Of a stretch of DNA of 64,000 nucleotides, positions 51,945-64,000 are shown piece after piece. Below the pieces are notes generated by a model, which saw only the letters and a list, made by a program, of their open reading frames with translations, was not told where the DNA came from and made no database searches. The translations under genes and the position numbers were made by a program. How positions within the stretch are numbered: position 1 is the stretch's first letter; each line of letters starts with the position of its first letter. Origin of the DNA: Lama guanicoe (taxonomy: Eukaryota); the NCBI GenBank assembly GCA_013239625.1, contig MU054001.1, forward strand, positions 3,822,167 to 3,886,166. Reading direction: 5' to 3'.

Positions 51945-53871
51945 CTGAAAAGTCCAACAGAGTCAACAGATATGTCAGTGAGAACCCACTATGTGTTATA
52001 CACATGTGCCCTTCCTCTCTACAGCCCCAGCCAGAGGGGAAGGACCACTCAACCCTAGAAAGGTCTCAGGGGGACTCTGAGGTCCCAGCAAAGTGGACCT
52101 GCCTCCATCTTTTTGGAGAGACAGCCAAACTTCACTCCAAATGGGTTTTTTAGCTTCTTTAAATCAGACTTGCAAAATAATTAGAAGGCCATCCAGTGTA
52201 TACCCTCAGAGAACGGGGAATTCACTCTCAATGGCAATTCATGGCTGGGACTTTTCTTTTTTGGCATGAGTGTCAGACCTGCTTCCGCTAACTGCCACCC
52301 ACAAGTCCTTAACCACCTCTGGGACCACCCAGAACAAGGCAGCCAGCTCTTCACCTCTGGCTCCTCCTCTACAACCCCAGTTCCCTTACAGTGTCTTACT
52401 CCTTCACCTTCTGACTCATCCTCCTCAGATCCACCGTAATTTGGAAACACCCCTTTTCAAAGGTAGAGTCCAGCTCATACCTTGGGACCCGGCCCTATTA
52501 TATACAGGCAGTTAGACTGGACCTGCAGGTGCCCTCGTGAACAGAGACAGTGGCACTGGGATGTTCACTACACTCTCACTCCTTAATAGTTACTCATCTC
52601 TGGCACTGTGCCAGCACTGCTCTGCACTCCGGGGATGTGAGACTGTAACAGCAAAAGCCCTGGAAACAACCTAAAGTGTGCATCACCGTGAGACCAGCGA
52701 GAGCGATCACAATAGCCAAGCACTGGAATACGAAGCAGCTATTCTTTTTAAAAAATGAGGTCACGTGACATGAAAAACAAACAAACAAAAACGCCTGTAA
52801 TATATTGTTAAGGCGAAAAAATGCAAGTTAACAGAACAGTTTGTATCATATGACAGTGTCTGGGGGTTATTCAGCACAGGCCCTGACCCAGCCAGGTGCC
52901 TTAATAAATATGCTGAAAGATAAACACCCCAGATGTGTCAGATGTGACCTCAAGCAGGAAAGAGCTCAGAGAGGCTGAGGCCACCCTTTTTTAGACTCTC
53001 TGCTGCTACTAATGCATCTCAGAAAAGGTATTGCTCTTTCCAGCAACACGGTCCCATTCTGGGCTCAAACGGAGCTTGTGGGTAGCTTGCCTGTCTGTAA
53101 AGTGAGTTGGAACACCTGGGCCTGAAGGTTATTCTTTCTTCCTACAGCCCTGGGTTCTAAAACTCCCAGTTGTCGTCAAATAGATCCTAGTTCACACCAG
53201 GGCAAGACAGGGCAGGAGAGGGGCCTCCCGGGGGGCATCACTCCGCCCAGCAAACAGAGGAAGCCCCCTCTGGGGGCCCTGCGGTCTGCGGGACTGCCCT
53301 CCCTGCCTGTGTCTGACTCCCCTCCCCTCCCTGGCAGGCCCAGCTGTGGCCACAGGAAACAAGGGCTCTGAAGGACCTGGCGCAGCCCCCTCCCATCCTG
53401 GATCCAGTGTCACGCCTTCCCCACTTCTTTCTCTCTCCTTGGTTCTCACCCCTGGCTGCATATCGTCCGGGGAGCCTTTCAGAATGACTGATTGTTAGAC
53501 CTCGGCATCTAGATATGTTATTGAATTAGTCTGGGGTGGGGCCCAGACAATGGCGTTCTTCAGAAACTACCAAGTGGCTCCAAGGGACAGACAAAGGAGA
53601 GAAGGACAACCCGAGCACTATCGAGGACCAGAGGGTTTCCTGCTGCCATTCATGGGCACTGCCCTCCCCCAGCCCTGACATCCTGAACTTCCTGTTTATC
53701 GAGTGAAAAGCAAGGCAGAGGCAGCCCGGGCCGCCCACTCGCTCCCTGCCTCACCCTCCCCACTGCAACCTGCGTGTCCTTTTCTGGCTAAAGGGTTCAT
53801 GTCACCTGCCCCTTAATCCTCACAAGCCCCAAACCCCTCTGTGCGCCCCCTCCCCCCAGAATCCCACCTAC

Positions 53872-53955
53872 CCCAGGAACTGCAGGGAGGTGTTGGCTCT
53901 GAGCCCCTGGGCCAGCACCTGGGCTCCTGCAGCGGTGATGCGGTTATTCCCCAGC
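53872..53955 (-). CDS. NOD2: NOD2 LRR exon 7 (84 nt)
   Basis: cttccag|GCTGGGG...CTGGG|gtaggt; encodes [27 protein letters not shown](G). Confidence 0.97.
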
Positions 53956-55190
53956 CTGGAAGGGAAGACAGAGGAGGCTGAGAAAGAGAGAGGACACAGG
54001 GACCCTTAGTGCCCTGAGGCCCGGGTCAGGTCGGGGAAAGCGCAGCCTGGACAGAGAAACAAAGAAGAAAGCTTTGAAGACCTCTCTGGAGGATGCCGGA
54101 TGCGGGAACCGGTCTTCTAGCTCCAGCCGAGCAAGTGCATGGGTGCTGTGTGTGCTCAGGGAGCTCCCTCAACGCTCCTGCAACTTCATTTTCCACCAGC
54201 AAAGGGAAAGTAGTGAAAGGGCCTGTTTTGCAAAGCCGTGTGAGAGGCACCAACAGGCACCAACAGGCAGCTGTCCACGGAGGTGGTTTCCCCAGAGGAC
54301 AAGGGTGACTCACTGTCACATCTCCTCCCGTCTCAGCCCCCTGCAGCCTTCCCAGATCCACTGTCACTGCAGGTAGCATTTACCTGATTGGAAAGAGCCT
54401 GGGGCAGGCCCAGGTGGCTGGACAGAGGAAAGGATCCTCAAAGCCTTCAGGCAGGGGTTGAGGAGGGGGTTTCAGCAAAATCTATACACCTCAGAGAGTT
54501 TCAGGGAGGTCCCCAGAAATCTCACCCACAGCTCCCAGGCTTCCTGCAGTAATAATACGATTTCATCTTTCAAAGAACTTTCAAACACTTGAAGCCACTC
54601 TGGCTCACAATAATCCTATAAGGCAGGTATTATCACTATCCCCTTCCGGAAGGGGTGTGGCAGCCTCTCAGGTCACTGACCTAGGTGTGTAACTAAGGGC
54701 CCCAGCTCTTGTGCCGGGAGGTCCAATGTCCCCTCTGCACCAAGTCCCTCTTCCCACAGGCCGCTCCCAGCCTGGGCCTGGGAGACATGAGACCCCTCTG
54801 CTGGGCTCGCTGGCTGGGGGACTCCCCAGCAGCCTTCTGTCCTCTCTCCGAACTGCACTGGAGTCTAAGATTCTTCCTCCCAACCTTCCTTGCTTCCCTC
54901 TCTCCATCACTCAGGGTCAGACCTGCACTGCAGTCAGCTGATCCTCTCAGCCTCCCCCAGCTCCCTTCCCTAATTTCCCCTCACAGGCATTTCCCCAACA
55001 AATTTTTTTAATTCCCCCTTGGAGGGCTGGACTAATAGGATAAACATGCTGAGAACTTACATGATTTACCCGCCATCTTTCAGGAACCAAGTTCACTATA
55101 TAAAGCACTTACTATATTGTACCAGCTTTTTGTATATCAACTTGCTTAACTGTCACAAGAACTATAAGGTAGCTATAATTATTATCTCCA

Positions 55191-55316
55191 TTTTTTTTTA
55201 TGAGGGAGGTGATTGGGTTTATTTATTTATTTATATTTGGAGGAGGTACTGCGGATTGAACCCAGGACCTCATGCATGCTAAGCACGCACTCTACCACTG
55301 AGCTATACCCTTCCCC
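55191..55316 (-). mobile_element. tRNA-Ala-derived SINE (Vic-1-like) inserted into a MIR
   Basis: Reverse strand: GGGGAAGGGTATAGCTCAGTGGTAGAGTGCGTGCTTAGCATGCATGAGGTCCTGGGTTCAATCC...(AAAT)n tail; TSD-like ATC(T/C)CCATTT on both sides; Pol III A and B boxes present. Confidence 0.9.
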
Positions 55317-56327
55317 AATCCCCATTTCATAGAAGGGAAAACAGAGGCACAGAGATATTGGGCTGACCCATGGCCACACAGCTAATGAGGATGCAAATCT
55401 CAGAGATGCTGGTCTGGTTCTAGAGCCCCTGGCTCTCAACAATGATGCTACGTTAACCCAAAACCCAGGCCTCACATTCTTGGTGCAGCACCTTTCTGCT
55501 ACCCTACAGCCCTCCCTGGAGGTTGGGCCAACTGGTTCAAGCCACAGAGGCTCTCAGGTTTCTAAGTCTGTGGGAGCAAGTAGTAGTGGCAGAAGAGAGT
55601 CCTTGGCACAGAATGACAGCTCTAGGGTGGCCTTAGCAGCCCTGAGCCTGAGCTACACAGTCAGCAATTTAAAAACCGCAGCTCCCATCCCCAAAAGGAT
55701 GGAAGCAAGTCATCACTTTGTCTTCTTTTACTGCCTCATAAATCCAGGAGGCAAGATGATCCCAGAGAGGAAGAGAAGCCAGGCCAAACTGGGACCAGCT
55801 GGAAGGGCAATGTAATGGTACAAGTCAGAAGAGAAACTCCAGCTGAGACCAAGGGGTTCAGGAGCTGCAGAAATGCAGACTTTCCAGACTAGGGTGCAAA
55901 CCCTGCACCCACCATGCAGTAAAAGGACCTTCTGAGAGCTTTCTGGGAACTGGCTGCCACCGCTGTGGTGGCAAGCGACTGCTGCCTTCCTCCCTGCGCC
56001 TAGCACGTGCTCAGCGTATCTTAGGGAACTTGTGAACCCCAGAGAGCTGGCAACATTTTAGACACAAGGAAGAAAAAGGTCCTGGAAACCTTCTTCAGCC
56101 CTTGGGGGCTGAAGGTCAAAAGGCAGGAAGCCTCAGCAGACTGGTTCAGAGTTTGCTGGGGAGGTCACAGCTTTGGTGAAACTCTCCTCAAAATGAGACA
56201 CTCGCCCTGTATTCAGCCAGCAGATCCTGTGCACCACACGGACCAAACCAGGGCCAAGACCAGACCAAACTGACTCAGCTGTGGGGACAAAAAGCGGTTT
56301 CCAGGGGTAGGGGGGCCCCAGGCTCAC

Positions 56328-56411
56328 CTCAATGCCAAGAAGTTCTGCCTGCGTGCAAGGAGCCTAGCCATGGAGTGTGCACAGCCGTCCGTCAATCTGT
56401 TGTTGAATAGA
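56328..56411 (-). CDS. NOD2: NOD2 LRR exon 6 (84 nt)
   Basis: ttcccag|TCTATTC...TTGAG|gtgagc; encodes [27 protein letters not shown](R). Confidence 0.97.
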
Positions 56412-56634
56412 CTGGGAAGTTCCAAGAGAGAGGAGATATGGAGACAAGGCACAGTGGACAGTGACCACCTGAACCCCAGGTAGCCAGCTCCCTCAGGACA
56501 GGAGTCCCCTGCGCCCTCCAGGCATGCAAACACACCTGGCCTGGCCCGGCCATCGCTCACAGCTGCTGCCCAGGTGGCACAGCCTGGAGTGAGGCTGGGG
56601 ATGTGGGGCCCAATGTCCGCCCAGCCTGACTTAC

Positions 56635-56718
56635 GCTAACTTCTGCAGCTGCTCACAGTGGAGAGCATGTTCGACGAGCTTGCAGATGCCTCGGTCTGAG
56701 ATGTTGTTATCTCGCAAG
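56635..56718 (-). CDS. NOD2: NOD2 LRR exon 5 (84 nt)
   Basis: tttgtag|CTTGCGA...TTAGC|gtaagt; encodes (Y)[27 protein letters not shown](A), in frame with the previous exon. Confidence 0.97.
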
Positions 56719-57259
56719 CTACAAACAGATAAAATAGATAAAGATAAACCTGAAATCAAAGCAGATGAGAGAGGGGGGAAAAAAAAGAACAAAATCCCAA
56801 AAGAGACCTTCGCTCAACCCCGAAGCGTCAGCGTCTGCGCTTCTGGGAAACGCCACAAGGATGGAGGACCCCGGAAAATGGAGACTCCCCCCTGCCTGGC
56901 CAGGGAGCTGGTGTCACGTACTCTGCGCGGGGGAGGGGGTGGGGGGCGGGTGACTCCAGAAGTGGGGACCCAGAGGCCCTGCAAAAGAGCACTGGAAGCC
57001 TCGGAAAGGCACTACCTAACTGGAGGCACTGTTTCCAGCTTGTAAAAGGGAAAGGAGCATCACGAAGGCTCTGTGGTGGGATGGAGCAGGTATAGGGGAG
57101 GGCGCAGTGGGAACTAGACAGGCCACCATCCAGGGGAGTAGAAGGACCACCAGTTAAACAAGTTAGGCCAAAACTTTAAAAAACCAGCACTAACCGCAAC
57201 GTTAATGCTCCCATAGGCCAGCCTCTGCCTGTCAGGTCTCTTCTGACGCTCCCCTGAGG

Positions 57260-57445
57260 GCAGTGTTCCCAAAACTCACCTGATCACAAGATCATCTGAA
57301 AGCATCCCTAAAATACAGACTCTCAGGACCCTGGCCTGCAATTTTTGAGTCTGCATGTGTGAGCTGGGGCTCAGACATCTGTGTATGTTAGTAACTGCGC
57401 CCAAGCTCCTGCCTCTTCAGGCCATCTTGGGAGGTCCTGACTTAA
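57260..57445. mobile_element. MER5A-like DNA transposon relic
   Basis: cagtgttcccaaaact...aaaatacagactctcaggaccc...gggctcagacatctgtgtat pattern. Confidence 0.5.
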
Positions 57446-58602
57446 AGGTTAATACCTCAAGCTCTGAGATCCCTTAAAGGAAGTTCTGCTCCTGGGAAGC
57501 CACCTACTAGCTATTTGTTGGTCCCTTCATCTGTGTGAAAAAGAAAGGATAGTATTACTGACCTCTCTGGGTTCTGGTGAGGATTTAAAGAGACAGTGCA
57601 CACAGTAAAAGCTGTGAGCACCTGGCACATAGTCAAAGCTACCTGTAATCTGATCGCTCGCACAAATGGATTGTCTGCCATCCTAGGGCTGTCCTCAGCA
57701 TGTCCCAATAGTAAGGATATTTAAATTTCACAGCCCACGAAGTAGGTACTATTACAATGTCCAACAGAGAGAAAGAAACTGAGGCACAGCAGGTGATGTG
57801 ACTTCACCAAGGTTGTACAGCTCCTAAGGGATTTGGGGCTAGATGGTCTGGCTCCAAAGCCCACTCTTAGCCACGACTTTATACGACCCTCTCCCTTCCC
57901 ACCTGCTCTGGGCTCTAAGGTCAGATTTCACGCACTGGGGAGTCACAAAATCAATTCGGACGGTTCTGAGCAGGATTTTTAAGCACAAAAAGAACAGAAA
58001 GAAAAAAGACAGCAGAGCGTGTCCGGGTTAATCAGAGAAAGTCATTTCGTGAAATTTCAGTTTTACATGCCTGCGTGCCTGCTCACACCCTCTCTCACTG
58101 CGGGTCACAGTCAACAAACTTTCAAAGCCATCGCCTAGACCTAGAGTCAGAAGCAGGGTCTAAAGAAACCTATATGCACAGGGGCACTTCGTGCATGGGG
58201 CTTCCTGACGTCTGAGGACTTCGGTTGGCATAGGAACGCCTGAAGTGGGAGAGAGGCGGCTGGGCACCGTGGGAGAGAAATTTCTCTCTCTCTCTCTCTC
58301 TCCCTCCTCCCTCCCTTCCTCTGTCTCTTTCTCTCTGCCTCTCTGACCCCCTCCCTCACTCCCTCTCTGTCCCCGTGCCTCACACACACAGGAAAAGCCC
58401 ACGCAGCAACCTCATGGCTGTCTGCACACCTCCCCTCCCCCCCCGGCCCCGACCCTGGCAGCAATGGCAGTTTCAGTACTAAGTGTGTGTGGGGTAAAGC
58501 GCAGCGGAACTTGGTCAGGGACTTTCACTGCCAGGGGAAAATCAAGCAGGTTCCCACAGGTCCTCACAGGGTGGTCTCTAAAGTGCTTGTGTCAGAATCA
58601 CT

Positions 58603-58745
58603 TTCTTTCTTTCTTTTTTTTGGTGGGGGGGTAATTAGGTTTTGTTTCTTTTCTTTTCTTCTTTTTAATGCAGGTGCTGGAGAGTGAACCCAGGACCTGG
58701 TGCCTGGTAGGCATGCACTCTACCACTGAGCTATATCCTCCCCGC
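58603..58745 (-). mobile_element. tRNA-Ala-derived SINE (Vic-1-like) inserted into a MER5A-like element
   Basis: tRNA-like head on the reverse strand; TSD TCAGAATC(A/T)CT at 58592 and 58746. Confidence 0.85.
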
Positions 58746-60234
58746 TCAGAATCTCTATGTTTAAAAACAGGGATTCCTGGGCCCCCACCTCGGATCTACA
58801 GAATGGGAACCACTGAGCACAGGCCCAAGACTCTGCATTTCCACAAGCCCCGGTGCACACGACGGTCTGAGCACAAGAATCAGACCATCCTCACCTTTCT
58901 CTGAAAAGAGAGGCTGGCCCTCAGCCTCCACTCAGCCCTTCCACACACCCGGGGAGTCACGTGGGCCTTCCCACCCAGGGACGGGGGGTCCCTTCATGCT
59001 AGGGATCCATCTGCGAGGACCACCTAGGCCAAGTGGTTCCTGACCTCTTGGGGTTCAAGGACTCCTCTGAGAACTACCAGTCCACTCTCCAGAAAAATGC
59101 ACATTCACAATTCTATCAGGAAAACAGCGCCCACAGAGAGCTCTCCAAATTCCTGGGTGAAAATACCAGGTTCCTCCTTCCGAGGGAAGCACTGTGCTGT
59201 CCTATTGTGTCCACCCGGCCAGATGCTCTTGCCCCCTTCCCTGCCCGGCTCTCGGTCCTGGACCACATCAGCAGACCCCCTGCTCTGGCTCCCTGTGGGT
59301 TAAGGCAAGAGTAGGGAGGAGAGGACAGGCCAGGGATTGCCCCCAGACCTCACCCTCACACTGTGCAGCCTCAGTCCTTTCAGCCAAGAACCACTCGGCC
59401 CGCCCCCACTTCAGGCCTAAGGAGTTTAACGGCCCTCTCTCCACCCCAGCCCCACTGCCTTAGCCCAGGACCCTTCACTGCCCCTTTCTGCTCTTCTAAC
59501 TCCTGCCCAAGCTTTTGCAAACAGTCCCTTTGTTAAACTCTCCTCAAAGCATCCAATTTAAGTGTCCTCAGCTTCCTCCTGATACATTCATACTTATCAC
59601 ATATATTAACTCTTATCATCTATATATTAACTATGGTGTGCTATATATTACATGATTATTGCATTATATTTATAAACCTACGACCACGGTCCCTCTGTAA
59701 GGGACAGCAAGGACCACCACATGGTTTCTAGTAGACTTTCATGTGTTTGCTCGATGGAGAATAAACTCTTCCTATCTTCCTGCTTTGCCCCAGAGAAGGT
59801 GTGTCACCTTAATACATTCAAGAAGAGGTTCATCCTTTGCTCAGGGTCAAATAAGGTCACCTGAGGGAGACCAAAAGCCCTGGGAGGCTGTGAGTTGATT
59901 TCAACTTTGAGGTATAACTTCTGCTTTCTCAGAGGTTTAAAATAGGGAGCAGGACATCCCCTGCAAGGCTGTAAGGGAAGCTGGGGTGCCCGCAGCATGC
60001 CCTCTGCCCTTGCCTGGCCCAAGATGTACAGAGAGGCCCATGGGTGCTGGGGTACAGCCATTCCTCTGAGGGAAAGCTCACACCTTCGACAAGGGGCTGA
60101 AAGCAGGCAGGACAGTGCCAAAATCTCTGCGCTTCATAAGGGATTAAAAAAAAGCAGGTGATGCTCTGTGGCCACTTTCTATCTCTTGAGTGTCAAAATT
60201 CCATCTCATTGGGATTTTAAAGTCTCTCATGGGG

Positions 60235-60505
60235 ATCATATGGGATTAACAGATGCACACTACCATATATAAAAATAGATAAAATAGATAAACAATAATA
60301 AGTAGATTTACTGGACAGCACAGGGAACTATATTCAATATCTTGTAACAAACTAGGATGGGAAAGAATTGAAAAAAGAATGCAGATATATACAAATGTGT
60401 ATGTGTCACGAATCGCTTTGCTGTACGTCTGAAACAAACACAATATTGTAAATCAACTACACTTCAATTTTGAAAATAAATAAACTTTTAAAAAATGAAA
60501 TAAAA
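60235..60505 (+). mobile_element. 5'-truncated L1 3' end in NOD2 intron 4
   Basis: TSD TAAAGT(C/G)TCTCATG(G/A)GG at 60218-60234 and 60506-60522; same 3' UTR family as the 29.1 and 46.7 kb copies. Confidence 0.88.
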
Positions 60506-61053
60506 TAAAGTGTCTCATGAGGCACAAGTCACCTCCGATTTGGGAGTAGTTCCTAACACAGACACACGTGACATAAAACTTGCCTGTGATTTCCAGGTTG
60601 CCTTAGTGCCTCTGAAGCCCATCCACAGGCAGCTTGCTTGTGGGGAGCAAAGACTTGTTACCAGAAAGATGTGATTTGTGAATCCCAGCTCTGCCATGTC
60701 CTGCGTGACCCTGGACAAGTTACCTCGCTTCTCGGAGCCTCAAATTGAGGATAACGGAAATAATAACATCTCTGCCTACAGCCCAGGGTGGTCGTGGAGA
60801 CAGAAGGAGGTAATTCTGGGCCGTGTGTAACACAGAGCCTGGCACATGGGACACTCAGTGAATTATGGCCATTGTTATCCTATGTTGAAGCTAAGGCCCA
60901 GACTAGGGAAGGGACTTGGCTGCGGTTGTACAGAAGGGGTGGCAGGGCTGGGGCTGGGCCCAGACTCCCGGATCCCAGCACGGAGCTCCCATACCTGCAT
61001 CCCGATGCTGGCATTCCCACCGTGCCCAGCCAGCATCGCCCAGCATCACTCAC

Positions 61054-62869
61054 TAAAGAGCCTTGCAGACGCTGAGGCAAGGCAGCAGCTGCTCCACGCC
61101 AATGTCGCCCACAGAGTTGTGGTCCAGCTGCAGGGCCACAGGCCGCCGGAGGTGCCGCAGCACGAAGGCCAGGGCAGCACACTCAGCAGGGCCCACACTG
61201 CAGAACGTCAGCTTGAGGTGCCCGACATTCAGCCCACGCACGGCCTCCCGTGCCAGCCGCTCCTCCTGCATCTCATACAGACTCCGGATGAGCCAGATGA
61301 ACCCGGGCATGGCGTGCATGCTTTTGGCCTCACCCGGCACGGCTGGTGGGATGGAGTGGAAGTGCTTGTGGAGGCTGCGGGCCAGACACCACCGGGCGCA
61401 GGCCTGGCGCCGGAGCAGGGCCTTCTCAGATGCCTGGCACTCGGCCAGCAGGTCCCGGTGCTCCTGGGACAACAGCCCTGCCAGGAAGGCCGCTGTGATC
61501 TGGAGGTTGTGCAGCTCAGCCTCCTGCAGCAAAGCAGCCACACTGCCTTCCTTGCACCCCGAGCCCCGCACGCACAGTTTGGGCAGCAGCCTGGCCAGCG
61601 GCAAGCTGCTGGGCTTGTGGCAGTTGAAGAGATGCCTGAGTGAGGATGGAGATATGTCAGCACTGAGGGCAAGGTAGAATGCAGCAAAAAAGCACTGGAA
61701 GGTGATGTGCAGGAATTCCAGGGGGGCCGTACTCCCGGGCACAGCCCTCTTGGCCTGCACCAGGAAACCAAGAGAAACATCCTCACTGTTGACGTACGCT
61801 GCCTGCAGTTGCTTGGCTGAGAAAACATAGCAGCATGTGCCCAGGCCCCGGAGAGCCAGGAGGCCAAGGTGCAGGAGGGTGGGAAGCCTGCCCCGAAGCA
61901 GGCTGGGCCCCAGACCATGGGCAGCTGAGTCTGGGGGACAGGCGTGCAGCAGAAAATGCTGCAGGATCAGCAGGTACATATCCGTGGTGGTCTTTGGGGA
62001 CCCTCCGCCTTGCAGCAACAGTTCCTGGTGGCACTTGGACACCATCCACGAGAAGACAGGCATGTGGCACAGACCGTGCAGGGCTGAGGTGGCTCTGAGC
62101 AGGCGGATGAGGCGATCGGCCACCCCAGGCTCACGATGGCGCTTCCTCAGGTACAGTTCGATGCCCTCTTCCGAGAAACCCTTGAGGCTGAGTTCCACGC
62201 GCACATGCTTCCTAAGGCCTGCTGACACCGCATCCGGACGGCTGGTCAACACCTTGTGGGCATTCTTCAGCAGGTTGCCCTGCAGAAGGTTGAAGAGCAA
62301 GCTCTGGACAGACGTAGGGGTGGTGGGAGAGCAGTGACGCTCGCGATCCGTGAACCTGAACCTGAACTCATCAAAGCCATCAAAGGTTAAGAGGATGCGC
62401 TCGGGATGGTCAAGGAGGACCTGGAAGATGTCCTGTTGGCCAAGGTCGGGCCAACAGCAGTGTTCAAAGAGCAGCATCTGCACGGACAGTGGTTTCGCCA
62501 GGCACTGCAGCTGCCGGCAGCTGAATGGGAAGACGAAAAGGAATTCCTGGAAGCCCCGCCCCGAGGCCCACAGCAGGTGCAGCTGCTGCAGGAGCGTGCT
62601 CTTGCCGCTGCCCGCCTCGCCCACCACCAGCACGGTGTCTGCATCTCCGTTGATGTGGCCTCTGGTGCTGAAGAGCTCCTCCAGGCGCAGGGTGGCAGGG
62701 GTCTGCTGCGGAGGTTCAGCCGTGCCTGCCTCCGTCCGGATCTCCAGAACATTCTCTGTATATATTTCTTCCAGGCAAAGATTCTCTGCCCCATCGTAGG
62801 TGCTCAGAAAGCGAGACTGAGCAGATACCGTGGTCCTCAGCTTGGTCATGTACTTTTTACAGGCGGCAT
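61054..62869 (-). CDS. NOD2: NOD2 large NACHT/NOD exon (human exon 4 equivalent), 1816 nt
   Basis: The 598-aa ORF contains Walker A GEAGSGKS, Walker [11 protein letters not shown], the [14 protein letters not shown] winged-helix motif and the first LRR. Acceptor tcttccag|ATGCC at 62869; donor CTTTA|gtgagt at 61054. The CARD exons lie beyond the window. Confidence 0.99.
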
Positions 62870-64000
62870 CTGGAAGACGGAAGAAGAACCAGATGAGGCG
62901 GTACCATGATGAAGATGAGGCCTGACCAGAGAGTGGACTGCCGGAGGGAAGGGGACGTCACATGTGGGCAAGAATGGCCGGCGGCACCCGTCCTGGCTCT
63001 CCACTCACAAGCTGTGGACTTTGAGGTTGGTCATGTAAACTTCCTAAGCCTCAGTTTTCTCCCCTGTGAAATAGAAGAAATGGTCCCTACCTTACTACCT
63101 TACGCAGGCAGGGACCCACGTGAAAAACCATGGATCAGTGAAGATAATACATTGTTTAGTGCTTTGTTCGGTGTCCAACACAAAGTGTTCAAAAGATACT
63201 ACTTAGCACTATTATTATTACTGACATCAGAAAAAGCTGTAGAATATTAGAAGGAGCACCACGCTGGGGTCAGAAGACCCACATTCTGATGCCTGTCCCA
63301 CCATATTGGTTTGGTAGCCTTAGACAAATCCCTTTACCAGTCAGCCTCAGTTGTCCTTCTAAAGGGAAACAAAAGATCTAAGGGGTTGGGAGCCCAGTTT
63401 CTTAAGTCAGAAACACCTGAGTTTGAAACCTGGGTCCACTACCAGCTGGGGCAGGTCACTCATCTCCTGTGGCCTCACTATTCTTCCCTAAAATTGGGGA
63501 CAATCCACACCTTCAAGGATTGTTTTATGAAGAAATGAGATAAAACAGAGCTTAGAAGAATGGTGATATACCCTCCCAAAATGGTGTTTATTATCATTAT
63601 TATTATTGGGTGTGGGAGATACAACAGTCCAAGATGTCCACATCCTAATCCCCAGGATCTGTGAATATGTTAACTTGCTTGCAAAAAAGACTAGCCAGAT
63701 GTGATTAAAGGCCCTGAAATAGGAAGTGTATCATGTAGGTGGACCTAGCACTGGATGGGGTCTGGGTCACTGAGGCGCCCAGGGCATGCCCTTGGACAAG
63801 ATTCCGTGATCAAGATCCACTTCCCCATCCTCTTCATACAACCCTCTGCAATAAAATGCTCATGTGTAGGATGTGTCCAAAAAGCTGCTGTTTTTTTCTG
63901 TGTTATCCTAACACTAACATGTGCAAACCACTCCCTGTGTCAGGGTTTAGTTCTTTTTATAGGAAATGGGGAAGTGATGGTCCAGAGCCCCAGGGTGATG

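Noticed and set aside
55240..55316. Possible tRNA-Ala gene
   Set aside because: Has an A-rich tail, TSDs and two diverged sister copies; it is a SINE head.
61053..61055. Apparent premature stop ending the 598-aa NOD2 ORF
   Set aside because: TAG is formed across the donor (TA|gtgagt); splicing gives TAC (Tyr) and the frame continues.
60846..62909. Long plus-strand and alternative-frame ORFs over the NOD2 NACHT exon (e.g. 265 aa at 60846-61643)
   Set aside because: Shadow ORFs expected from GC-rich codon usage; no recognisable domain, and the 265-aa ORF starts in a MIR relic.

Overview
Mammalian genomic DNA, most likely a camelid (three tRNA-Ala-derived Vic-1-type SINEs), covering the tandem NOD2-CYLD innate-immunity locus. 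Both genes are on the minus strand. The right half (~43.2-64 kb) holds the 3' part of NOD2: the 1816-nt NACHT exon, seven 84-nt LRR exons, the stop-codon exon and the 3' UTR. All nine exons splice into one open frame at canonical GT-AG sites. The CYLD CpG-island promoter lies at ~34.3-35.3 kb and carries a perfect NF-kB site, five CCAAT boxes, GC boxes and a CRE. Two non-coding exons and the first three coding exons (504, 303 and 106 coding nt; CAP-Gly 1 and 2) follow. The left 23.7 kb is a single CYLD intron made mostly of nested, decayed LINE-1 copies. I found no evidence of a previously undescribed biological system: the genes are well known and intact. The observations most worth checking are modest. 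They are a solo LTR between the two genes in their sense orientation, no canonical poly(A) signal near the expected NOD2 3' end, uORFs in the CYLD leader, an apparently disabled counterpart of a human CYLD 5' UTR exon, a TSD-flanked orphan insertion inside an L1, and twin-primed L1 insertions. Comparisons with human sequence and repeat subfamily names come from memory and need alignment or RepeatMasker confirmation. Repeat boundaries without TSDs are approximate.
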